Positions 1 to 6,671 of a stretch of 11,166 bases of DNA are shown here, piece by piece (the first letter of the stretch is position 1; each line of letters opens with the position of its first letter). The position numbers and the translations under genes are program-made. The notes below the pieces were generated by a model. The model was not told the DNA's origin, did no database searches, and saw only the letters and a program-made list of their open reading frames with translations. The stretch spans positions 1-11,166 of the forward strand of contig JBCDEZ010000041.1 of the NCBI GenBank assembly GCA_039179045.1, given 5' to 3'. This DNA is from Chlamydiota bacterium. Lineage in GTDB: Bacteria > Chlamydiota > Chlamydiia > Chlamydiales > SM23-39.

Positions 1-78
1 CTACTCAAGAAAACCAAGTACTCAAAGAGTAGAAGGTTACTTAAAATGCCTGATGATGAATCAAATGATGAGAACTGA
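1..78 (+). CDS. Possible 3' end of an upstream gene (partial, unknown product)
   Basis: Frame 1 is open from the window start to TGA at 76-78 (LLKKTKYSKSRRLLKMPDDESNDEN*) and is followed by an imperfect hairpin at 132-167. Too short to identify. Confidence 0.25.
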   Translation, partial: LLKKTKYSKSRRLLKMPDDESNDEN

Positions 79-131
79 GAGCTAGAAAACTTTCAAGGAT
101 AGTCCTAGTTGGTCTGAAAATCTGATTTTTT

Positions 132-167
132 CAACAAGGCCAATCCCTGCTAGAAAAGGGCTTGTTG
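132..167 (+). terminator. Imperfect stem-loop, possible terminator
   Basis: CAACAAGGCC (132-141) pairs with GGGCTTGTTG (158-167) at 9/10 positions, with a 16-nt loop and T-rich sequence downstream. Confidence 0.25.
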
Positions 168-409
168 GATTTGATTTTGGGTTGTCTCGGGTATTCATTT
201 ATTCTCTGGGTTAAGTAGGAATTGCCGTCCACAAACTAAGGAGGCGGTGGTTTTGCACGGCCATTGTGAATCTGGTCATTCTTTTTTATTACGGGTGAAT
301 TGCAAGAAGGGCATATCAAGGTCATTCGTCTCTCTCCAATTTTTACAAGAAAAAGAAAAAATCATTGAGCTGGAAATTTCAATGAAAAATATTTATAACC
401 CAGTATTGC

Positions 410-987
410 CTATTTATGACTCCCCAACTTTGCATAACAATGACATTTTGTAAGGTGGTCATTTACCATGCCAACTGCTTGCATGTAAGCATAGATGATC
501 GTTGATCCGACAAACTTCATGCCACGCTTTTGTAAATCTTTAGATAGGCATCGCTCTCCTTTGTAGTGACCGGAACATCCTGCGGTGTTTCCCATGCATT
601 CACGATGGGATTGCCTCCAACAAAACTCCATACATAGGTGTCAAATGAGCCAAATAATTGTTGTATCTCTAGAAACACAGAGGCATTTTTTCTAGCCGCA
701 TAGATTTTCAGTCGGTTGCGAATAATTCCTTTGTCCTGGCGGAGCTTTTCTAATGCAACATCGCACATTTCTGATACTTTACGTACATCGAAATTATGAA
801 AGGCCCGCCGGTAGCCTACGCGCTTTTTCAAAATAGTTTCCCAAGATAGGCCAGCTTGCGCTCCTTCGAGAATTAGCATTTCAAATAAACGCGTGTCATT
901 GTGTACAGGTACGCCCCATTCAAAGTCGTGGTAATGAGCATAAAATTCTTGTCCTGGTTTGTTTCCAAAACACCGAAATCGCGACAT
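410..987 (-). pseudogene. tag: DNA-3-methyladenine glycosylase I, split by a 1-nt frameshift near 545-549 (true pseudogene or sequence error)
   Basis: ATG at 987 gives MSRFRC..YHDFEWGVPVHNDTRLFEMLILEGAQAGLSWETILKKR..IIRNRLKI..ESDA. The conserved Tag C-terminus LSKDLQKRGMKFVGSTIIYAYMQAVGMVNDHLTKC is in another frame, ending at TAG 410-412. Adding one base at GAT GCC ^TA TCT restores a 192-aa protein with the Cys/His/His/Cys zinc ligands. Confidence 0.9.
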
Positions 988-1167
988 ATCTAACGGTAGA
1001 TTCAATACATAGATTGTATGATATATCCATGCATCATGGACTCTCAAGAAAATAAAGAGACGGCTATATGGGTCAATTGATTTTTTCATCTATACCCAAT
1101 TCTATAGAAGGCTACTTTGATCAAAAGCAAGAGCTCCTAAAACTAGATGTTCCCTGCGCTCAAGACA

Positions 1168-1257
1168 AGCGCAAAAAGGGCAAAAATCTCGAATTTTTTC
1201 CTGAAAAACTACGTTTAGCCCTCTTTTTCAAAGCCGACGCAGTAGGGCTATCGGGAA
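1168..1257. repeat. Dispersed intergenic repeat, copy 1 (module A 1168-1220 running into module B 1215-1257)
   Basis: 1168-1220 matches 9870-9922 at 45/53 nt without gaps. TTAGCCCTC-N20-AGGGCT-ATCGGGAA (1215-1257) matches TTAGCCCTC-N20-AGGGCT-TT-ATCGGGAA (9816-9860). Confidence 0.75.
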
Positions 1258-1559
1258 GGGATACCTGTGCGGATCTATCAGCCTAAAAACCATCGCCCAG
1301 CCTTGCTTGGCAATGGCGAATTCTTGATGATTTAGAAAAGATGTAATTGATTTTATTTTTTCTAAGAAGCAATCCTGCAGGGAAATATTTCCTTAGATCG
1401 GGAAAAAGTGGTGGCGGATTGGCTTAGCTGTCCTCAGGCAGGGGAGGCAACTCGTGCAAGAACAAAAGATTCGCTATTTTCTAAAGAGAGAAAAGTTCTT
1501 TAAGACTTTGAAAAAAAAACGCGGATCTTTTCGAAAAAGCCCTGCTTTTTCGGGTGGTT

Positions 1560-2657
1560 TTAGGGCGTAGAGAGTTTTCCAAATTCCTCGAGAAGGTCTC
1601 GCTGCTTTGAGGAAAGGGAGACAGGAGTCTCGACAAAGATTTGGGCTAGGAGATTCCCTTTTGAGCCCCCATGTACATTGGAAAAACCTTTGCCAGGTAC
1701 TTTGATCACAGAGGCGTTTTGCGATCCTTCGGGTATGGAGAGCATAATGGTTTCTTTGTAAGGAGTTGGGATCTCTTTTTTTGTTCCCAAAGAAGCCTCT
1801 ACAAAAGTGATAGGAACTTTGAGGTACACATCATCGCCCTCTCTTTCAAAAGTTTCGTGAGGCTGTACTTGGATCATCACGTAGAGATCCCCATTAGGAC
1901 CCCCATGTCTGCCTGCGTCTCCGTAACCACTCATTTTCAAGCGCATACCCGAGTCGACACCTGGAGGTATACCAATTTTGACATGTTCTTTTTTCTTAAC
2001 CCTTCCTTCACCGTGGCACGTAGAGCAGGGATTGGTAATGATGTATCCCTCGCCTCGACAGTGGGGGCAAGTAGAGGACATCGAGAAAAAGCCCCTACTT
2101 TGGAATACTTGTCCCGTTCCCTGACAAGTGGGGCAAGTTTGGATGTCTTCAGGGCGGTGAGCGCCTCTCCCGTTGCAAGAAGAACAAGCCACAAAGTTTG
2201 TAATGACAATCTCTTTGGAGCAACCGAGAGCGGCCTCTTCGAAAGAGATAGTAATGGAAACTTTCTTGCTCGCTCCTTTTTGAGGCTGCGGGCCCGCTCT
2301 TCGCCCTTGCGCTCCTCTCGGATCAGGGCCGCCTCCAAAAAGAGAATCGAAAATGGAGTCTCCGCCACCACCAAAAGCTCCCATGAAAGTGCGTAAAGCC
2401 TCTTCCATAGAGCTGAAGCCACCAGCACCACCAAAGCCTTTGACCCCTTCTTCTCCATACTGATCATAAATTTTACGCTTGTTCTCGTCGCTGAGTACTT
2501 CGTAGGCTTGTGAAACGGTTTTGAATGTCTGCTCTGCGTTAGGATCGTTAGGATTTTTATCAGGATGGTGTTTGAGAGCTTTCTTCCGGTAGGCTTTCTT
2601 GATCTCATCGGGTGTAGCGTTTCGAGAAATCCCCAAAACAGAGTAATAATCAGTCAT
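1560..2657 (-). CDS. dnaJ: Molecular chaperone DnaJ (Hsp40, class A). 365 aa to the first stop; DnaJ-like coding sequence continues in frame to 1500
   Basis: ATG at 2657: [17 protein letters not shown] (J domain with HPD), G/F-rich linker, four CxxCxGxG repeats ([32 protein letters not shown]), IPPGVDSG and GDLYV motifs. Confidence 0.97.
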   Translation of the reverse strand: MTDYYSVLGISRNATPDEIKKAYRKKALKHHPDKNPNDPNAEQTFKTVSQAYEVLSDENKRKIYDQYGEEGVKGFGGAGGFSSMEEALRTFMGAFGGGGDSIFDSLFGGGPDPRGAQGRRAGPQPQKGASKKVSITISFEEAALGCSKEIVITNFVACSSCNGRGAHRPEDIQTCPTCQGTGQVFQSRGFFSMSSTCPHCRGEGYIITNPCSTCHGEGRVKKKEHVKIGIPPGVDSGMRLKMSGYGDAGRHGGPNGDLYVMIQVQPHETFEREGDDVYLKVPITFVEASLGTKKEIPTPYKETIMLSIPEGSQNASVIKVPGKGFSNVHGGSKGNLLAQIFVETPVSLSSKQRDLLEEFGKLSTP

Positions 2658-2687
2658 GCTGGCTGGTGGGTATAAATTCTGAGATTG

Positions 2688-2717
2688 ATGATAACAGCAA
2701 AAGGGTGTTTTTAGCAA
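2688..2717 (-). promoter_or_regulatory. Predicted sigma66/sigma70 promoter of dnaJ
   Basis: Minus strand: TTGCTA (2717-2712), 18-nt spacer, TATCAT (2693-2688) with an extended -10 TGn, about 30 nt upstream of the dnaJ ATG. Confidence 0.6.
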
Positions 2718-2737
2718 CTAAAGAGAAGAAGTGCTAA
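2711..2737 (-). promoter_or_regulatory. CIRCE element (HrcA operator) upstream of dnaJ
   Basis: Minus strand TTAGCACTT-CTTCTCTTT-AGTTGCTAA versus the consensus TTAGCACTC-N9-GAGTGCTAA (8/9 and 6/9 arms, exact 9-nt spacer, TAGCA-N15-TGCTAA core intact). It overlaps the rpsU stop codon and the predicted -35 box. Confidence 0.75.
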
Positions 2738-2928
2738 TACCCTCTACGTTTGGCCGTTTTGGCACGTTTTTGCGCCGCTTTCGATTTAGCACGCTTTTTC
2801 ACCGAACGCTTGTCATGGAAGCGGTGCGCCTTGGCTGCCTTCATGATTCCTTCTTTGTCAATTTTTTTTTTCAGAGCACGAAGGGCTTTGTCGATGGGCT
2901 CTCCTACACGAACTTTTACACTGGGCAT
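2734..2928 (-). CDS. rpsU: 30S ribosomal protein S21 (64 aa)
   Basis: [52 protein letters not shown], which closely resembles chlamydial S21. AGGA lies upstream of the ATG at 2928. Confidence 0.96.
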   Translation of the reverse strand: MPSVKVRVGEPIDKALRALKKKIDKEGIMKAAKAHRFHDKRSVKKRAKSKAAQKRAKTAKRRGY

Positions 2929-2968
2929 GCTTATCAATTCCTACAAATTCAAAAATAGATCATTTCCC

Positions 2969-2998
2969 ATAATAGCAATCCGTTTTGATTTAGAGCAA
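2969..2998 (-). promoter_or_regulatory. Predicted sigma66 promoter of rpsU
   Basis: Minus strand: TTGCTC (2998-2993), 18-nt spacer, TATTAT (2974-2969) with an extended -10 TGC. Confidence 0.55.
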
Positions 2999-2999
2999 T

Positions 3000-3581
3000 T
3001 CATTTGCAAGAATCGAGGTAGATTGCCCGGAGGTGGGCGCTTTGAGCTAAAGAAAAGGGGGGCAGTTTTCCATACTCTGTATAGACTCTAATAATGTTAG
3101 GCGTAGCATTTCGGATTGTTAGGTGGGGGAGTTTTTTTAAGATGGGGGCCGGTTCCAATGAGCAGAATGGGGTATTTGCTCCCCAAGGCCACGGTTTTTT
3201 CGCGCGATAGAGTATGAGCTGCCGTTTTTCGTAGACGTAGATCCCTTGCGACTTCGCGTCTAAAAGGGCAATTTCGTCTTCTTTTTGCAAAGGAAGCTCT
3301 AGCGAACAAAAGCCTTGGATGGGGATCTTTTTTGCATAGGCCAAAGTCTTTGCAAAAACGAGACCTATTCTTGTTCCTGTGAACGCTCCTGGACCCAATC
3401 CAACCAAAATTCCTGACAAGGAAGAAAGGTCTTTTGGACCAAGAAAAGAGGCAAAATCTTTGTGCAAAGAGGAAGATAAGGTGCGGTCTCCAGCAAGGAA
3501 CAATGTTTTGATGGGAACACCGTTTTCAAGCAAGATGAGCAGAGCTCTTTGAGTGCTCGTATCAACGCAGAGTATTCTCAT
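3000..3581 (-). CDS. tsaB: tRNA threonylcarbamoyladenosine (t6A) biosynthesis protein TsaB (YeaZ)
   Basis: MRILCVDTST N-terminus, GLGPGAFTGTRIG (GPGSFTGxRIG motif), AKTLAY..IP..G..SLE, LLDAK. GAGGT Shine-Dalgarno at 3590-3586. Confidence 0.93.
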   Translation of the reverse strand: MRILCVDTSTQRALLILLENGVPIKTLFLAGDRTLSSSLHKDFASFLGPKDLSSLSGILVGLGPGAFTGTRIGLVFAKTLAYAKKIPIQGFCSLELPLQKEDEIALLDAKSQGIYVYEKRQLILYRAKKPWPWGANTPFCSLEPAPILKKLPHLTIRNATPNIIRVYTEYGKLPPFSLAQSAHLRAIYLDSCK

Positions 3582-3600
3582 AGCGACCTCTAAACAGACA

Positions 3601-3630
3601 AGTATATTGGAGTAGAGCGTTATCCGTCCA
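3601..3630 (-). promoter_or_regulatory. Predicted promoter of tsaB
   Basis: Minus strand: TGGACG (3630-3625), 18-nt spacer, TATACT (3606-3601). Confidence 0.4.
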
Positions 3631-3632
3631 GC

Positions 3633-3661
3633 TTGCGGTATTTTGATTGAGCTGATAAGAT
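3633..3661 (+). promoter_or_regulatory. Predicted promoter of the lon operon
   Basis: TTGCGG (3633-3638), 17-nt spacer, TAAGAT (3656-3661) with an extended -10 TGA. It sits back-to-back with the predicted tsaB promoter. Confidence 0.5.
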
Positions 3662-3703
3662 CAATTCTATTTTTACGCAGAAAAATAGTAGTTGTGAGGA
3701 ATT

Positions 3704-6235
3704 TTGAAAAACAATCCCGAAAAGTCTTTTCCCGTGAAGAAAACCCTGCCTAAGAAGCGTCCGAAAAGAAAAAAAGAGTCGCCTCTTGAAGTATTTTTAC
3801 TTCCTTTGAATCGGCGTCCATTTTTTCCTGGTATGGCTGCCCCGATTGTAATTGAACCGGGCAGCTATTACGAAGTACTCAAATTGGTTGCAAAAACCGA
3901 GGAGAAGCTGCTTGGTCTTTTTCTCACGAAAGAAGAGGCGGTGAATATTTACCAGATTGATCTCCCCGACTTCCACAGAGTGGGCGTACTGGCAAAAATC
4001 CTGCGAATTTTGCCTATGGAACAGGGAGGCGCGCAGGTCGTCTTGAATATGGAAAAGAGGATCTCCTTGCAAGAGCAGATACCCGATCAGCCCTTTCTCT
4101 CTGCTAAGGTCCTGGTAGAGGAGGACGTGAGCCCCAAAAAAGCGGAGAAAGAGCTCAAAGCCTATACCATTAGCATCATCACCACTATCAAAGACCTGAT
4201 CAAACTCAATCCTCTCTTTAAAGAAGAGCTGCAGATATTTTTGGGTCATTCTGACTTCACAGAGCCGGGTCGCTTAGCCGACTTTTCTGCTGCATTGACT
4301 ACCGCCAGTCGCGATGAGCTGCAAGAACTTTTGGCTACATTTGAAGTGGGAAAACGCGCTGCAAAGGCTCTTGTGTTGTTGAAAAAAGAGCTCGATCTCA
4401 CACGCTTACAAAGTAGCATCAATCAGACCATTGAGTCGACGATTTCCAAAACACAACGGGAGTTTTTTCTTCGAGAACAGCTCCGGGCGATCCGCAGAGA
4501 GCTTGGCATGGAAAAGGATGGAAAAACGCTCGACATCGAAAAATTTCGTGAAAGAATCGAGGGGCGTACCGTTCCCGAAGAGGTGTTGCAGGTGATTGAC
4601 GAGGAGATCGAAAAATTGGGTGTTCTCGATGTGCAGTCGGCCGAATATGGTGTGTGTCGCAACTACCTCGACTGGCTCACAATCATTCCTTGGGGAACAT
4701 TCAGCGAGGAATGTCACGATATCAAAGCGGCGAGAAAAATTCTCGATGAAGATCACTATGGCCTAAAAGATATCAAAGAACGTATTTTGGAATTCATCAG
4801 TGTGGGCAAGTTAACGGGAGGTGTAAGAGGCAGTATCATTTGTTTAGTAGGCCCTCCAGGTGTAGGAAAAACGAGCATTGGCAAGAGTATTGCACGAGCT
4901 CTTGGAAGGAAGTTTTTCCGCTTTTCGGTAGGAGGCATGCGTGATGAGGCGGAGATCAAAGGGCATCGAAGAACGTATATCGGTTCCATGCCGGGCAAAA
5001 TGATTCAGGCGCTTAAAGTGGGAACGATGAATCCTGTCATCATGATCGATGAGATTGATAAGATTGGAATGAGCTATCATGGAGATCCAGCATCGGCTCT
5101 TCTTGAAGTCCTTGATCCGGAGCAAAACAGCCGCTTTTTAGACCATTATCTCGATGTTCCTTGCGACCTTTCCCGAGTACTTTTCATTCTAACGGCCAAT
5201 GTATTGGATAGCATACCTGACGCATTGCAAGATCGTATGGAAGTACTGCGCCTTTCAGGCTATATCGAAGAGGAAAAAATTGCAATCGCCAAACAGTACC
5301 TCATACCTAGGAATCGGAAAAAATCGGGACTCAAAGCGAGTAAGCTAAGTTTTACCACAGCAGGTCTTGCCCGCTTGATCCGGAACTATGCGCGCGAAGC
5401 GGGCGTGCGTAGTTTGGAGAACTACCTCAAAAAGATTTTGCGCAAAGTGGCAAAATCGGTTGCAGAAGAGGAGAAAAGCGCGGAAGAAAAGCAGATCATT
5501 AGTGAGAAAAACTTGGTGGAGTATTTGGGACAACCCATTTTTACAAGTTACCGCTACTACGATCCCACGCCTGTAGGCGTCTGCACAGGTCTTGCTTGGA
5601 CTGCTCTTGGCGGCGCGATTCTGTATGTCGAATCGAGCAGGTCTCCTGCTGAAAAAACCGGGATGAAGCTCACCGGACAAGCAGGCGATGTGATGAAAGA
5701 ATCGGCAGAAATTGCCTGGAGTTATCTTAGCTCTACCTCAGAGCGGTATGCCCCTGGCGTTCCCTATTTTTTAAAAGAGAAGGTGCATATCCATATTCCC
5801 GAGGGAGCCACTCCGAAAGATGGGCCCTCTGCGGGCATTACTATGGTTACCTCGCTACTCTCTTTGCTTTTGAACAAGCCTGTTGTTGCAGATATTGCGA
5901 TGACAGGTGAGATTACCCTAACAGGTAAGGTCTTGAAGATCGGAGGAGTGAAAGAGAAATTCATCGCAGCGAAACGGGACCGGATGACCACCTTGATTTT
6001 CCCAAAGGAGAATGAGCGGGACTACCACGAGCTTCCCGATCATGTGAAACAGGGCAAAAAAGGAGAAAAAGGTATTGCGGTGCATTTTGTAAGCACTTAC
6101 GATGAAGTAGTACCTATTGTGTTCAACCAGGCGAAGGAAAAAAAGGATGCAGACTCACAAAAAACAAAGCGCACCAAAGCCAACATGGCAAGAGCAAAGC
6201 GTGCAAAAACAGATTCCTCCACCCGCACTGGTTGA
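3704..6235 (+). CDS. lon: ATP-dependent protease La (LonA)
   Basis: LON N-domain (LPLNRRPFFPG), Walker A GPPGVGKT, GHRRTYIG, Walker B IMIDEIDK, LLEVLDPEQN, catalytic Ser in PKDGPSAG and Lys in IGGVKEK. TTG start preceded by GAGGA; the exact start is uncertain. Confidence 0.98.
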   Translation: MKNNPEKSFPVKKTLPKKRPKRKKESPLEVFLLPLNRRPFFPGMAAPIVIEPGSYYEVLKLVAKTEEKLLGLFLTKEEAVNIYQIDLPDFHRVGVLAKILRILPMEQGGAQVVLNMEKRISLQEQIPDQPFLSAKVLVEEDVSPKKAEKELKAYTISIITTIKDLIKLNPLFKEELQIFLGHSDFTEPGRLADFSAALTTASRDELQELLATFEVGKRAAKALVLLKKELDLTRLQSSINQTIESTISKTQREFFLREQLRAIRRELGMEKDGKTLDIEKFRERIEGRTVPEEVLQVIDEEIEKLGVLDVQSAEYGVCRNYLDWLTIIPWGTFSEECHDIKAARKILDEDHYGLKDIKERILEFISVGKLTGGVRGSIICLVGPPGVGKTSIGKSIARALGRKFFRFSVGGMRDEAEIKGHRRTYIGSMPGKMIQALKVGTMNPVIMIDEIDKIGMSYHGDPASALLEVLDPEQNSRFLDHYLDVPCDLSRVLFILTANVLDSIPDALQDRMEVLRLSGYIEEEKIAIAKQYLIPRNRKKSGLKASKLSFTTAGLARLIRNYAREAGVRSLENYLKKILRKVAKSVAEEEKSAEEKQIISEKNLVEYLGQPIFTSYRYYDPTPVGVCTGLAWTALGGAILYVESSRSPAEKTGMKLTGQAGDVMKESAEIAWSYLSSTSERYAPGVPYFLKEKVHIHIPEGATPKDGPSAGITMVTSLLSLLLNKPVVADIAMTGEITLTGKVLKIGGVKEKFIAAKRDRMTTLIFPKENERDYHELPDHVKQGKKGEKGIAVHFVSTYDEVVPIVFNQAKEKKDADSQKTKRTKANMARAKRAKTDSSTRTG

Positions 6236-6671
6236 TTTTGTCCGAGATCTGAGGAGTCAAGGGAAAACCCTTGCTACACTCAACGGTTCGTTTGACCTTC
6301 TACATGCAGGCCACTTGCAGATCATCTACGAGGCTTCCCTGCAGTCTGATTTGCTCCTCGTATGCCTGAATACTGATACTTCCATCCGGTTGTACAAAGG
6401 TCCTAAACGCCCTTTAGTCCCTCTCGAAGAGCGTCTGCAAATGATGAGCGCTCTGGGCTTTGTCGATTATGTGACCTGGTTCGATGATCCCAATCCGATT
6501 CGACTGCTTCGCCTTGTCCAGCCCGATGTGCATGTCAACGGAGGAGAGTATGGAAAAAACTGTATTGAGGCGTCTACCGTTCGCTCTTCTGGTGGAAGAT
6601 TGCATATTGTGCCGATTATTCCTGGTTTGTCGACAACCCGCCTTCTGGAGAAGATCAAACAATGCGGATGA
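6147..6671 (+). CDS. rfaE2: Cytidylyltransferase-family nucleotidyltransferase, RfaE domain II / HldC-like (probable D-glycero-beta-D-manno-heptose 1-phosphate adenylyltransferase)
   Basis: NGSFDLLHAGH (HxGH motif), LNTDTSIRLYKGPKRP, R..M.AL.FVDYV.WFD..P..L...QPDVHVNGGEY, PGLSTTRLLEKI. ATG at 6147 with AAGGA upstream. Substrate is inferred from the family. Confidence 0.85.
   Translation: MQTHKKQSAPKPTWQEQSVQKQIPPPALVDFVRDLRSQGKTLATLNGSFDLLHAGHLQIIYEASLQSDLLLVCLNTDTSIRLYKGPKRPLVPLEERLQMMSALGFVDYVTWFDDPNPIRLLRLVQPDVHVNGGEYGKNCIEASTVRSSGGRLHIVPIIPGLSTTRLLEKIKQCG

Noticed and set aside
82..453. Short ORFs 247-453 (+, 68 aa) and 82-198 (-, 38 aa)
   Set aside because: No motifs or clear ribosome-binding sites. 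The first overlaps the tag 3' end in antisense.
988..1089. ORF-track N-terminal extension of Tag (and similarly of DnaJ, 2658-2717)
   Set aside because: Family homology begins at ATG 987 and ATG 2657. The DnaJ extension covers the predicted promoter and CIRCE.
1068..1286. 72-aa ORF and the 91-aa ORF at 9692-9967 sharing a K.KNL.FFP.KL peptide
   Set aside because: The similarity is confined to the DNA repeat. The ORFs differ elsewhere, and one overlaps a gene end and a hairpin, so a non-coding repeat is the better explanation.
1168..1500. CRISPR array or known structured RNA (riboswitch, tmRNA, 6S) in the tag-dnaJ spacer
   Set aside because: There is no regular repeat-spacer periodicity and no cas genes. 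Small hairpins (1152-1180, 1293-1319) exist but match no RNA family I can recognise.
1671..2608. Long alternative ORFs over dnaJ (241 aa on plus, 223 aa on minus), and similar ones over lon, glpG and 10282-10827
   Set aside because: They are shadow ORFs of well-supported genes and have no recognisable motifs.
6139..6145. A_AAA_AAG slippery heptamer in the lon frame just before the rfaE2 start (possible Lon-RfaE fusion)
   Set aside because: A -1 shift enters the third frame, which stops at TGA 6250-6252. rfaE2 is in the +1 frame, and no stimulatory stem is evident.
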